Shown here piece by piece: positions 18,801-26,776 of a stretch of 64,000 bases of DNA (position 1 is its first letter; each line of letters opens with the position of its first letter). The position numbers and the translations under genes were made by a program. The stretch comes from a virus. Lineage: Duplodnaviria > Caudoviricetes. Below the pieces are notes generated by a model. It did no database searches, was not told where the DNA came from, and worked only from the letters and a program-made list of their open reading frames with translations. The stretch covers positions 136,310 through 200,309 of IMG/VR virus record IMGVR_UViG_3300033273_000282. The stretch is one strand, 5' to 3'.

Positions 18801-20799
18801 TGCTCCCGATCCTAACGATCCTCGTCGTGGCACTCTGCCTGGTCCAGATGCCGACTACCTCGATGGTAAGCAAGGTCTCTGGTATCAAGGTGGTTACAAC
18901 ATCAATGACCAGCGTGTTGCTGGTGTCATCGGTGACACTGCTCTGCCCGAGCTGCTGGGTCGTAATAAGTATTTCGCTGACAACCTGTATCTGGTTGCTT
19001 CAAGTGAGACTTACGAACTGTATGTTCCCGACTTCTTCTGTGCTACTGGTACTGCTCCTGTTGGTAACTTGGCTAACAATGGAGTTTATACACTCTACTC
19101 CGATGAAGCCGCTGTCAATAACATCGGTACAATCACCATTCTTGCTAACGGTATTTCCGAAGTTAACGACACCACTACTGGTTCCATCTACACAACGATT
19201 AGAGGTACAATCAGTTTCGTTGGTAACTACACCAACAAAGATATCAAGGTCTTTGGTCCTAACCCTGGTACTAAGTGGACTGTTACTTCTTCCAACCTGC
19301 TGACCACTGGCGCAAGTCAAGTGTTCGCTATGAGCAACACCGCTAACGGTGCTCTGCTTGAAATTGGTAGAACTAACATCGTTGCTACCCCAACCATTGA
19401 CTTTAGATCTGGTGCTCTGGCTTCTGACTATGATGTAAGATTTGAAGTTAGCGGTGGCACCGCACAGAACGGTGAAGGTGTTATCGAACTGAAGACCAGT
19501 TCCTTCACCCTGAACGGCAACACTGTATGGCACTCTGGTAATGACGGTGTTTCCTCTCAGTTGGACGCACACTATGTTGATGGTTACATCCAGAGCTCTT
19601 CTAACACAAACAATGCTCTTGTAAGAAGAACATCAAGCGGCGACATTAACATCTCTGACGTATACGCTGATCAAGGTATCTTCGCCAACACTGGTGAATC
19701 CATCCTTCAACTTGCTGATAGCAACGGTATCAACCTCGGTAAGGCAGGCACTAACGTTCTGTCCCTCAGAGGTAGACAGAATACCAATACTGGTTACATT
19801 GAGTTTGGTAATGATTCCAAGAAACTTGGTTGGAACGGTACTCACCTGTCCTACGGTACAATCTACTTCCGTAACAACAGAATCGGTATTGGCAATGATA
19901 ACCCACAATATGATCTTCACGCCGCAGGTGATATCGTCACTGGTAGCACAAGCAGATCCGCTAATACAGTTGTTCGTGCTCTCTCGGGAGACAGCAACCA
20001 AGCAGGCTTTGAAGCGTACGGTAACAGCCAAGGTACTGGTTACCTGTACATAGGTCAGTCTACTTCTTATGGTGGTGGTATTGCCTATAACGGCGACAAC
20101 TCCCCCGCAGCGTTCGGTTCTGAACAGGGTGACGATATCACCTTCTACAGAAGAAACAACGGCACTGACACCCGTGTCATGAAGTACCGTTATAATGATT
20201 CTACCGTTCACTTCTTCGGTCAGATTCGCTCTCGCGTTGCTACTGGTACCGCTCCCGTCGATGTAGACTCCACTACAGTATGTAATAACCTGAACGCTGA
20301 CCTGCTCGATGGATACCAGGCAAACAACCTGCCTTACCTGTCCAGAGCAGTCAACACCTGGATTACTGATGCGAACGGTCAGCAGAGATTCTACTTCTCT
20401 AACAACTCTCATACATACTTCAGAACTGGTAATGACTTCTTCTTCAGAAATGATTCTGATCAGACATTCTTGTCGATGGATGAGGGTGGTAGAGTTCACT
20501 TCCACGAGCCAGGTAGCAACAGCATTCAGAGCAGCTACAGACTCCAAGTTACTGGAGATAGTGGTCTTAACATTAACGCTTCTGAAAGTCTCTCTAGTGG
20601 TCAGAAGTCTACTGTTCTCAGAGCAACTGGAGACAAGCAGTATCTTGACTCCTATGGTATAATCAAGAGAAACCGTCAGAACATTAGCGAGTCTATCACC
20701 ATCAACAACGGTGATTCTTGTGGATCCTTTGGTCCTATCACTATAAATAATAATGTGACCATTCAAGTCGCCCCAGGCGGTGCCTGGGTAATTCTCTAA
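9898..20799 (+). CDS. giant tail fibre / virion structural protein
   Basis: 3633 aa; split beta-helix, four CIDD helical domains, four L(N/D)ADxLDG-like fibre motifs; C-terminal GPITINNNVTIQVAPGGAWVIL typical of cyanophage fibre ends. Confidence 0.8.
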   Translation: MSLSLNSSQQRLEGSGLVPQGPWTSATYGRANGIVTVTSVAHRLNDEERIYIKFGEDQLLRTIPAGQHEINVVDDDTFTITGTGQNFIEAATACSYRLVRSFVLNATDSMAFTVGTGANEDDAVFINKGPTGNIRVGINNTNPEFDLDVEGQIRTTRSIISDTAQIRNLDVTNEFVTKGLDLRGPNLINFEETDPTASDFGTIYYPTADNPPRQTQNNRIATTKFVYDVATADNGGRVYVSSVPGIGDDENDGRSAAKPVRTIKKAAQIAYSLQQDTEVPEYVSIIVSGGDYVEDNPISLPYNCSLIGDNLRRVILRPLNQDRHMIKASNETYAAGVVFRDHLDNTGTPDWTWKYAYVFDDKQRLYYEPEIAPFSFSPGLENQGRNLFAITFENHTGDNTTLLVGYAVEGGSSSSRGIIESVVFTGPNASPYSSGTIQVLMSDDQSTFLLAEKLYYADIYANIVKTGASPSDSLDVADRESQRPETEVIKHQRYQHVISSETETLRFDGTDLNNVIDTTDNRITIPLHRLYTGAKVIYKVQNEDGAPVEGLTDNTTYFVRVINDNTIELYDTWLDATSLQTTTGIRNLSDEGSGDEHTLFTCRVSVNDDTIYFPNHGLFTGNGIYYRASKAGGIGGLNDNSLIFVYRVDSHHFKLANTQADATNKNISGEDAPVILPLTSEGIGYQRFEKAINVVDISSVTTDVATQQAYNGIIYEVTAASRVIEGINFVGHDYEVGQEVQIYGLPYTALSFGSGASATYTQTANLITVTVSNTDPTVMNVLWPNLKTLGPVGGKGVGVRMVFDDAGNTGHINKSFHIATYQDGTLAQTQSDFNAYLGSPSNLGAGVARYNSSTNEVYFLLRAVDSATRSGTVTVFDNLGDFNGRKYVTHRIERADGYSVKFVTRGSCSRIATALDPSGDQQVCSATNYALMSLRNSPYAFDKVEFGANVQESAKQRDAAETINNNLSFIAEESYAYVKSQYNAGTNTSFSRTGTYTCSGNVMTVTCPRGSAVFAKNSYAFNFSGATTDGAYIVDDCEDHRRFTIILPAASTDSGTVTITIPAPWQTPNSVPPVDRAADGTSLILANKQLIAQEAVARMLIANPTFNIPTGNQACIDDAVDFLEAMAYNLAYGGNDQVYDAAKYYVDGAHVVGEEDESVEVFNNARDIAIQVMRNQTVTIQGSHGLTQIKDFTISPDSANSGVGDRFSDARNLIYKNKEFIAEIAVGRLNANLGYEVVDSRHMDAHDLLIANLDFIAEEAYAVQLAADPNLTTPTGDPQDCIDDVRDILTAVAFNVQHGSNNQVWDAANLYVGTPHIQGEEANSIAIINHARDIAKLVITNRTHTKVGSHEYTQSFDTTITHDQSASGGAYSSADCANVQSTIDSLMLIVTDAITNQTLNGVTKTTPATFSVPTGNQSCIDDIINILEVASWNLAMGGNDFTYDAANLYITGNHVVGEENHSIYAFRQARDIAIECFQNEDVTTGGYTQRTQFKDLTITQDTGLPICANVIASLTALMNVVEVAIDTQSLSSFTRTDSYANRCSDTAAAITSLTGVVTGAIGSTGNPGSLSGVVRTYPVSDQQCIDDVYHVLRAWMYDMRYGGNSKTIEAAQKYIQGTNVNYVTNEVPQTREVYTRAEQLATLAIRNQLPQGEFSQIAPFHNASTTVDSNQPECGASITFLNGLATILDDALSTAGTSLSNVTLTEPSTLLKDDSGLKIVPMLADNLDLPVIEASPYIQNASLISFLGASGAEIDGAKVASPNVPRPGVFLDGNGVERSTFPPQGKSMVANAFTIISVNGGVGYNILNDGYTQLVSVFVIFGGDGVIVQSGGYASLTNSASNFGTRALKATGYRSEAYEFDVGTVTQIRNQTDNNGAQTGRQIIEVGGPITNFPVEDYIIKFEGFRNSDPAKEYFVLGTEQLSGSIGTQITANVTTNDGLGLDLIRESDSTNVSFQNGNLDLLNNAVIKFHRPSICNSSSHTWEYVGAGDTYNALPQNGGVGIPANEAVEEAYGQVYTSGTNEFGDFKVGDFVTIFNRTGSISFVGTVSISELSSIKIVGGSITITGFSDSDELGGAFASDSLLPTQAAVKDYITNKLGPYLNQPYSTNAVPSALVQLTTSGKINIEQIPALRPFNITSVASTAERLAIEDASAGDIAIETTSTSYQVAPSSVDIVNEVITIPSHGLTTGDILTYFQGTSNIGNLADGANYYVIQHAIGANTTDYIKLATSLADAQAGTARNLTSQGTGTHVFRTEGAAISYILENDLDTMYAAFVPNSAYVFSNNSLIIGSQSTAQVIVTNYEGGVVRDILIDDPGSGYATAPGISISAPPSGTQATASCTITNGQVASITITNPGSGYYTAPTVSFTGAPTGGTTATAQGNAARIEARLYVDLANNIKISDIDFILDEANVTVASGVYTHDTFDITITETNHGFSQGDTVYLEFTSGSSTSGFYSVDSIVNANEYTVVAQTALLTSGNYNRKRIVDITRVVNTSASNAQNWTQLSSTNIDASNIVAGVIDPQRLADTGVANSFTFLRGDASFQYAVQSIKFTTDDVLVGESSIQDNSYIEKVNIVNPGSGYTVGTYQNIPMVGGNVQISEQGVARATYTVADVVTGGIVDSVSNLSFTPGSYTPSSTFDVSVSTTDGAGLGAQIRFVTDVNGDIAVDIILDGGSGYNGGDTLEFDGPLFGGTVQQGVSVTVSTLTSSTTLGAITSVSVVTPGTGYTSDFTLTVPSELGQPVQAGSLTAVKGTLSRYYGNASFDLLKANNLTPTTLQAGGSVFGNYGIAKFRKPAAEQALANQDLGGFVITTAGEVTIDQGPGSKLNADKLDGNEGSFYQNATNLIEGILDPQRLANTTYNISISGTADYANTLFCETTAPSSANASLVSAANVGTQLALRSNSVTGIPTDAGGTRAGIMTFRRSATGNSVAQLAFSATDNLYLRGNSDTGTVYGQWAKIWSSENDGAPDPNDPRRGTLPGPDADYLDGKQGLWYQGGYNINDQRVAGVIGDTALPELLGRNKYFADNLYLVASSETYELYVPDFFCATGTAPVGNLANNGVYTLYSDEAAVNNIGTITILANGISEVNDTTTGSIYTTIRGTISFVGNYTNKDIKVFGPNPGTKWTVTSSNLLTTGASQVFAMSNTANGALLEIGRTNIVATPTIDFRSGALASDYDVRFEVSGGTAQNGEGVIELKTSSFTLNGNTVWHSGNDGVSSQLDAHYVDGYIQSSSNTNNALVRRTSSGDINISDVYADQGIFANTGESILQLADSNGINLGKAGTNVLSLRGRQNTNTGYIEFGNDSKKLGWNGTHLSYGTIYFRNNRIGIGNDNPQYDLHAAGDIVTGSTSRSANTVVRALSGDSNQAGFEAYGNSQGTGYLYIGQSTSYGGGIAYNGDNSPAAFGSEQGDDITFYRRNNGTDTRVMKYRYNDSTVHFFGQIRSRVATGTAPVDVDSTTVCNNLNADLLDGYQANNLPYLSRAVNTWITDANGQQRFYFSNNSHTYFRTGNDFFFRNDSDQTFLSMDEGGRVHFHEPGSNSIQSSYRLQVTGDSGLNINASESLSSGQKSTVLRATGDKQYLDSYGIIKRNRQNISESITINNGDSCGSFGPITINNNVTIQVAPGGAWVIL
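20742..20749 (+). promoter_or_regulatory. T4-type late promoter inside the 3' end of the giant fibre gene
   Basis: Exact TATAAATA about 60 bp upstream of the 20808 start. Confidence 0.6.
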
Positions 20800-20807
20800 G
20801 TAAATCT

Positions 20808-21560
20808 ATGAGTAGGTTATACGTAAATAATATCCGCGCTTACAGCGGATCAACTATTTCCATTCCTGCCACTACTGCCCTCTCTCTTGGTGGAGCCAAG
20901 ATTGACGAGAACTCTGTTCTGCCCAGTGCTTCTGGGCAGGCTAACCGAGCAGTTGGTAGTGATGGTGAGCAAGTTGTATATGACACTTACGGTGCTCAGT
21001 CGATCCAAGTGTTCCAAAGTTCTGGAACATACACTAAATCGGCTGGCGTCAATACCGTTCTTGTCAGGCTTGTAGGTGGCGGTGGTGGTGGTTCAGGTCA
21101 TGCTGAATCTGGTGGTGCTGGTGGATACGCTGAAAGAGTTTGCGATGTATCTGGAGTAAATACAGTATCCGTTGTCGTTGGACAGGGTGGTGCTGGTACT
21201 TACTACTCTGGTAGATCGAGCCAAGGTGGTTCTACTTCATTTGGTTCTTTCTGTTCTGCTACTGGTGGCGATGGCGCTAACCAGTCTTTCCAACATGCTG
21301 GTGGACTGGGGGGAATCGGTGCTGGTGGAGATGTTAATATGTACGGCGGCGGTGGATCTGCCCACGGTAGATATAACGGAGCAGGTGGATATTCCTTCTT
21401 CGGTGGTTGCGCTGCTAGAGGACACCCCCGTGGTGGCGACTATTCAAGAAACCACCAATCAAGATGTGCTCCTGGATCGGGTGGCGCTAACGGCTGGTTT
21501 CGATCCTACCTCGGACCAGATGGTAAACACGGTATGGTAGTAATCTGGGAATTTAAGTAA
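20808..21560 (+). CDS. glycine-rich adhesin-like protein 1
   Basis: 250 aa; QVFQSSGTY...LVGGGGGGSG...GGAGGY and further Gly-rich motifs; paralogous to the next two genes. Confidence 0.75.
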   Translation: MSRLYVNNIRAYSGSTISIPATTALSLGGAKIDENSVLPSASGQANRAVGSDGEQVVYDTYGAQSIQVFQSSGTYTKSAGVNTVLVRLVGGGGGGSGHAESGGAGGYAERVCDVSGVNTVSVVVGQGGAGTYYSGRSSQGGSTSFGSFCSATGGDGANQSFQHAGGLGGIGAGGDVNMYGGGGSAHGRYNGAGGYSFFGGCAARGHPRGGDYSRNHQSRCAPGSGGANGWFRSYLGPDGKHGMVVIWEFK

Positions 21561-21563
21561 ACA

Positions 21564-22325
21564 ATGTCTATTCTTAAGGTCAATGAATTGAGAGCCCAGT
21601 CGGGCAGTAACGTAACCATTCAAAGTGGTTATAGTCTTCGCCTGGGAACTAAGACACTGGATGCTTCTAGTGTTATGCCCTCGCCCTCTGGTCAGAATGG
21701 TAAAATTCTTACCAGTAATGGATCTACTAGATCATGGACTGAACATGGTGCCGTATCGATGCAGGTATGGACTTCCAATGGAACTTGGAGCAGACCATCT
21801 GGGGTAAAGAGAATTCTTGTTAGAATCTCTGGTGCTGGCGGTGCTGGCTCGGGTGTTGGTGAAGCAGGTGGTGCTGGTGGATACGCTGAAGAAATTATCG
21901 ACGTTACTGGTATCTCTTCTGTTTCTATTACTGTAGGTCAGCCTGGTTCCTGGGGTGGTACTTACTACTCAGGTGGTGCTGCTAATGGCGGTACTACTTC
22001 TTTCGGTAACTATCTCTCTGCCTCTGGTGGTAACGGTGCTAACCGTAATTACCAGCACTGTGGAGGACTTCCTGGCGTAGGCTCAGGTGGTCAACTTAAC
22101 ATCTACGGTGGCGGTGGATCTGGTCACGAGTATTGGTCTGGTTATCCTGGTGGCGGTTCCTTCTGGGGTGGCGCAGGTGCGACTGGTCACCCTCGCGGTG
22201 GTCACTATGCTTACACCCACCAATATAGAGCCGCTCCTGGTAGCGGTGGTTCTCCTGGGTATCACACTTCTCGTCGTGGTGCTAGGGGTATGGCTGGAAT
22301 CGTAGTAGTTTGGAACTTCGCATAA
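21564..22325 (+). CDS. glycine-rich adhesin-like protein 2
   Basis: 253 aa; same motif order as ORF 20808. Confidence 0.75.
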   Translation: MSILKVNELRAQSGSNVTIQSGYSLRLGTKTLDASSVMPSPSGQNGKILTSNGSTRSWTEHGAVSMQVWTSNGTWSRPSGVKRILVRISGAGGAGSGVGEAGGAGGYAEEIIDVTGISSVSITVGQPGSWGGTYYSGGAANGGTTSFGNYLSASGGNGANRNYQHCGGLPGVGSGGQLNIYGGGGSGHEYWSGYPGGGSFWGGAGATGHPRGGHYAYTHQYRAAPGSGGSPGYHTSRRGARGMAGIVVVWNFA

Positions 22326-22328
22326 ACA

Positions 22329-23084
22329 ATGTCTAATATCCGTATCAATGAACTCGACGCTGCGTCGGGAACTACTATTCTTATCCCCGATGGATACAAT
22401 CTATCCCTCGGCGGCACTACGCTGAACAAGAACTCGATTCCCCCACCACCAGCGGGGAACGCTGGTAAGTTTCTTGTTAGTGATGGAACTTCTGCGTCGT
22501 ATAAAAACATCGGTCCCGCTAGTATTCAGACTTTCTATAGCAGTTCTACTTGGACTAGACCTCCTGGGATTAACCGTGTTCTGGTCCGTGTAGTCGGCGG
22601 CGGCGGCGGTGGATCTGGACACTCAGAATCAGGCGGAGCAGGTGGCTATTCTGAAGAGGTAATCGATGTCCGTGGAATCTCGTCTGTTACTATTACTGTG
22701 GGCAATGGCTCTACGGGCGGCACTTATTATTCTGGTAATGGCGGAGGCGGTCAGACATCCTCATTCGGAAACTACCTTTCTGCGTCGGGTGGTCTCGGTG
22801 CTAACCAGTCTTACCAACATTGCGGTGGTCTTGGTGGTTTGGGCTCTGGTGGCAATTTGAATATCTACGGTGGCGGTGGTATCGGACACATGAACTACAT
22901 GGGTCATGGTGGCGGATCATTCTTTGGTTGTGGCACCATGAGCGCTCATGGTAATTGGGTACAAGGTACCCGTTCTAACCAACTTCGTGCTGCTTATGGT
23001 GCTGGTGGAACGTCTGGTTATCAGCGTTCTTATCAAGGTGCCAATGGCATGCAGGGGTGCGTTATTGTAATGGAGTTTATTTAA
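22329..23084 (+). CDS. glycine-rich adhesin-like protein 3
   Basis: 251 aa; same motif order as ORF 20808. Confidence 0.75.
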   Translation: MSNIRINELDAASGTTILIPDGYNLSLGGTTLNKNSIPPPPAGNAGKFLVSDGTSASYKNIGPASIQTFYSSSTWTRPPGINRVLVRVVGGGGGGSGHSESGGAGGYSEEVIDVRGISSVTITVGNGSTGGTYYSGNGGGGQTSSFGNYLSASGGLGANQSYQHCGGLGGLGSGGNLNIYGGGGIGHMNYMGHGGGSFFGCGTMSAHGNWVQGTRSNQLRAAYGAGGTSGYQRSYQGANGMQGCVIVMEFI

Positions 23085-23086
23085 TT

Positions 23087-23093
23087 CTAAATA
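23087..23093 (+). promoter_or_regulatory. late promoter variant (CTAAATA)
   Basis: CTAAATA in the short intergenic gap before ORF 23117; the same variant precedes g20 and the ORF after g23. Confidence 0.55.
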
Positions 23094-23116
23094 GTTACCA
23101 AGGAATCTAGAGTAAA

Positions 23117-23632
23117 ATGGCTAAAAGTTGTCTTGTAGATTACAGAGGATTTATCACCGACATCAGAGAATGCGGTGATGAATTTGAAGTATACCAAGGT
23201 CCCGATTCTCATATCCGCTGGGTCATTTGTGATGATGACAACGTGGATAATACTTGGGTCCTTTATAACGGGGAGTTTTTCCCTGGAGATCTTCGCCTGG
23301 AACGTAACCAGGATATGAAGCGTAAGGTTGCTTACGGATCGATCGAAGAGCAGTTGGACATGATGTACTGGGATCAGGTCAACGGAACGACCACCTGGAG
23401 AGATCATATTGGCTCGATCAAATCAGCGGAACCCACTCAGTCCGTTGCTGACGCTGATCCTACCTTCTACGCTGATAAGCGAGAGTTTGAGATGGGTACT
23501 GAGGATGCTCCTGCCTGGGAAACTCTTCCCGCAGTAAAGCGTCAGAAGATCACCACCTTCAAGAATGGGACAGTTTATGAAGAGGGCTGGGGTCCTGACC
23601 CTGTGACTGGCAAACCTGTTAGACTGGCTTGA
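23117..23632 (+). CDS. tail-fibre-associated (assembly/chaperone-like) protein
   Basis: 171 aa; RKVAYGSIEEQLDMMYWDQVNGTTTWRDHI motif commonly seen in ORFs next to phage fibre genes. Confidence 0.55.
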   Translation: MAKSCLVDYRGFITDIRECGDEFEVYQGPDSHIRWVICDDDNVDNTWVLYNGEFFPGDLRLERNQDMKRKVAYGSIEEQLDMMYWDQVNGTTTWRDHIGSIKSAEPTQSVADADPTFYADKREFEMGTEDAPAWETLPAVKRQKITTFKNGTVYEEGWGPDPVTGKPVRLA

Positions 23633-23649
23633 GGATATCCATCTAGATT

Positions 23650-25218
23650 ATGATTGATAAAATTTGTATTGTTGGCGGCGGCACCGCTGGATGGATTGCC
23701 GCTGCTTCTTTGATTAGATTTTTTCCTAAAAAAGAAATTACTCTGATCGAATCAGAAGAGATCCCCACCATTGGTGTGGGTGAATCTACCACCCAGTTCT
23801 TTAGAGACTGGACTCGGGAGATGTGTATCTCTGATGTCTGGATGGATGAGTGTGAAGCCACCTATAAGTACAGCGTGAAGTTTAGAAACTTCAGCGAGTA
23901 CGGTGATTTCCATTACCCATTTTTTCCTGGTAAAGAGCCACCTAACGCAAAGCTGGGACTTCTGGATTGGTTCCTTCATTACCGTGCTACTAACGGTAAT
24001 CCAGAAAAGTCCTTCTGTGAGTGGATGGTTCCTTATTGGAAAGTCATCGAAGATAATAAGGTTGTTCCTCGGGACGTTGATTACTTCAGCTACTTGGACA
24101 ATGCTGGGTATCATATGGATGCTCAGAAGTTTGCTGAGTATCTCCGTCGGGAGTTCTGTGTTCCTCGTGGCGTCAAGCACGTTAAGGGTACAGTAACTGA
24201 GATTGATCACGATGAGACTGGTATCAAACGTCTATATGTTGGCGATGTGTTCTACACTGCCGACCTCTTTATTGACTGTACTGGATTTAAGTCTCTGCTT
24301 CTGGGTGAAACTCTGGGTACCGAATGGGATGAGTTCCCCTTCCTGATCAATGATCGTGCCTGGGCAGTTCGCCTGAAGTATAAGGACAAGAAGACAGAGA
24401 TGCTCAACCATACTCTGTGTACCGCACTGGGTAATGGCTGGGTTTGGCATGTCCCCCTCAGCACTCGCTACGGCACTGGATATAACTTCAGCAGTAAGTT
24501 CATCTCTGATGAGGATGCTCTGGAGGAGTTCAAGTCGCACCTGGGCGAAGAATTTGAGGATCGTCAAATCAGTGACTTCCGTTTGATCAAGTGGAAGAAC
24601 GGTATCTCTAAGAAGATCTGGAATAAGAACGTCGTTGGTATTGGACTCTCTGCTGGCTTCATTGAACCCCTGGAATCCAATGGACTCATGAGTGCTCATA
24701 ACTTTGCCATGTATCTGTGTGATGCTCTGACAGCACATAATGGTAAGGTGAACACATTGATCAAGGATCAGTTCAACCGTCGCTGTCGTCAGAACTTCCA
24801 GAACTTTGCTTACTTTGTGGGCAACCACTTCATGTTATCCACCAGGGATGATACACCCTACTGGAAGTACATCACTCAGGATATTGATTATCTCAGTGCT
24901 CACGTTCAAGATGAGTATCGAGTGTATCCTCAGAACCAGATCTTCCTGGACATGCATGACATGAGCATCTGGAATATGAGTAACCTTGAAGGTAACGCAT
25001 ATCTTGCTGCTGGATTCAACCAGCATCCAGTTACTGAATGGCACGCTGACTACATGGAGAGGCGGCATAGCCTTGACTTAAGTCAGTGGAGGACGCTAGA
25101 ATCTGGGTACGAACTCCACCCCGATGCGGTGAGGGAGATCGATGAATTTCCAACACCAGCAGAGTTCTACTATGAGGACGTTGCTGGTATAGACATGCCC
25201 TACTACATTCATGGCTAA
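23650..25218 (+). CDS. flavin-dependent halogenase, tryptophan-halogenase (PrnA/VirX1-like) family, copy 1
   Basis: GGGTAG FAD motif, IGVGEST, ATYK (catalytic Lys position), FIDCTGF, GWVWHVP (WxWxIP variant), FIEPLESNG. Confidence 0.9.
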   Translation: MIDKICIVGGGTAGWIAAASLIRFFPKKEITLIESEEIPTIGVGESTTQFFRDWTREMCISDVWMDECEATYKYSVKFRNFSEYGDFHYPFFPGKEPPNAKLGLLDWFLHYRATNGNPEKSFCEWMVPYWKVIEDNKVVPRDVDYFSYLDNAGYHMDAQKFAEYLRREFCVPRGVKHVKGTVTEIDHDETGIKRLYVGDVFYTADLFIDCTGFKSLLLGETLGTEWDEFPFLINDRAWAVRLKYKDKKTEMLNHTLCTALGNGWVWHVPLSTRYGTGYNFSSKFISDEDALEEFKSHLGEEFEDRQISDFRLIKWKNGISKKIWNKNVVGIGLSAGFIEPLESNGLMSAHNFAMYLCDALTAHNGKVNTLIKDQFNRRCRQNFQNFAYFVGNHFMLSTRDDTPYWKYITQDIDYLSAHVQDEYRVYPQNQIFLDMHDMSIWNMSNLEGNAYLAAGFNQHPVTEWHADYMERRHSLDLSQWRTLESGYELHPDAVREIDEFPTPAEFYYEDVAGIDMPYYIHG

Positions 25219-26776
25219 AAGTATTTGTATTATTGGCGGTGGCAGTTCAGGATGGATGACTGCTGCCGCTTTTGCTGTCCGTTTTCCAGATTGGGATATC
25301 ACTCTAGTTGAAAGTGAGTGGTCTAAGGCTATTGGTGTAGGCGAATCCACCCTAGGGCATTTTAATCGGTACCTGGATTGTTTGGGTATTGAGGATAAAG
25401 ACTGGATGCCTGCGTGTAGCGCAACCTATAAAGTATCGATCCAGTTTACCAACTGGAAGAACGAAGGTGATGTCTTCCAATATCCTTTCGGGGACTTTGA
25501 CTTTTCCCGTGGAGGATTCCTAGATTGGTATCATCTTCACAACTTCTTTCCAGAAAAGTTCCCTGATACATCGTTTGCTGAGTTCTACAATCCGATCTCC
25601 TTCTTGGCTTCTGCCAATAAGATGTGTGATACGGATCAATATATTCCAAACTTTAGCAGACGCTGGAACGCCGCCTACCACTTTGACGCTGACAAGTTCG
25701 GGCAGTGGTTGCGGGAGAACCTCTGTAAGGATGTAACCCATCACAGAGGTGACATCTGTGGAGCCGTACATAAACACACGGGTGATATTGCTTACCTGCT
25801 CGATGAAGAGGGGCACCAATATCATGCTGATTATTTTATCGACTGTACTGGATTTAAGTCAGCAATCCTAGAAGGATTCATGGGAGTTCCCTTTATCTCC
25901 TTTGAGAATGATCTCCCTAATGATTCGGCAGTAGCAGCACGTATCCCCTACACTAATCGTAGGGAACAGATGAGAAATACTACCGATGGGTATGCTCTGG
26001 ATAATGGCTGGGTGTGGACTATTCCCACTTGGGATCGCATTGGTACTGGTTATGTGTACTCATCTAAGTTCTGCTCACAGGAGCAGGCAGAGAAAGAGTT
26101 CCGTGAGCATGTTAAGTGGGACGGAGAAGTTAAGCACATTAAGTTCCGTCATGGTAAGCACAAGTATGGATGGTCTAAGAATGTCATTGGTATTGGACTA
26201 TCTTATGGTTTCCTAGAGCCACTAGAATCCACAGGTCTCTTTACTACACATGAAAATATCCTAAGACTGATTGACACCTTTGAAAGAAGGAACGGCAAGA
26301 TCACTCAACTGGATATTGACGGATTTAATCACGCTGTATCATACGAACTTGAAGCAATGAAAGAGTTTGTGTACATGCATTATTATCTGTCACCTAGAGA
26401 TGACACTCCTTACTGGAGGTATTACACTGAGCGCAGTCCACTGACATATGAGGAAATGTATGATAAAGTGGTAAGGTCACCTAGACTGTACCAGGAGTTC
26501 ATACATAACTTCAATATCGCTAATGCTCCCAAAGACCTTGGAGGATTGGTCTATATCGCTGCTGGTCTTGGATACCATCCATTGACTATGACGGATAGTC
26601 TTCATACGAGAAATCGTAAAGAGTATCCTCAAGAGGAAATGGAAACCACTGTTACACAGTTTGAGAAATATAAGACCAGTCTAGAAAGGCACGTTGCTAA
26701 ACTCCCAAGTCACTATGATTACCTTGTTGAAAACATTTATGGGGTTGATAAAGAAACCCAAAAAACCTCGTGCTAG
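25211..26776 (+). CDS. flavin-dependent halogenase, tryptophan-halogenase family, copy 2
   Basis: GGGSSG, IGVGEST, ATYK, FIDCTGF, GWVWTIP, FLEPLESTG; overlaps copy 1 by 8 nt. Confidence 0.9.
   Translation: MAKSICIIGGGSSGWMTAAAFAVRFPDWDITLVESEWSKAIGVGESTLGHFNRYLDCLGIEDKDWMPACSATYKVSIQFTNWKNEGDVFQYPFGDFDFSRGGFLDWYHLHNFFPEKFPDTSFAEFYNPISFLASANKMCDTDQYIPNFSRRWNAAYHFDADKFGQWLRENLCKDVTHHRGDICGAVHKHTGDIAYLLDEEGHQYHADYFIDCTGFKSAILEGFMGVPFISFENDLPNDSAVAARIPYTNRREQMRNTTDGYALDNGWVWTIPTWDRIGTGYVYSSKFCSQEQAEKEFREHVKWDGEVKHIKFRHGKHKYGWSKNVIGIGLSYGFLEPLESTGLFTTHENILRLIDTFERRNGKITQLDIDGFNHAVSYELEAMKEFVYMHYYLSPRDDTPYWRYYTERSPLTYEEMYDKVVRSPRLYQEFIHNFNIANAPKDLGGLVYIAAGLGYHPLTMTDSLHTRNRKEYPQEEMETTVTQFEKYKTSLERHVAKLPSHYDYLVENIYGVDKETQKTSC

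Noticed and set aside
20808-23084. Possible diversity-generating retroelement or invertible shufflon acting on the adhesin paralogues
   Set aside because: There is no reverse transcriptase or invertase in the window, no near-identical template/variable repeat pair, no inverted crossover sites, and all copies are co-oriented.
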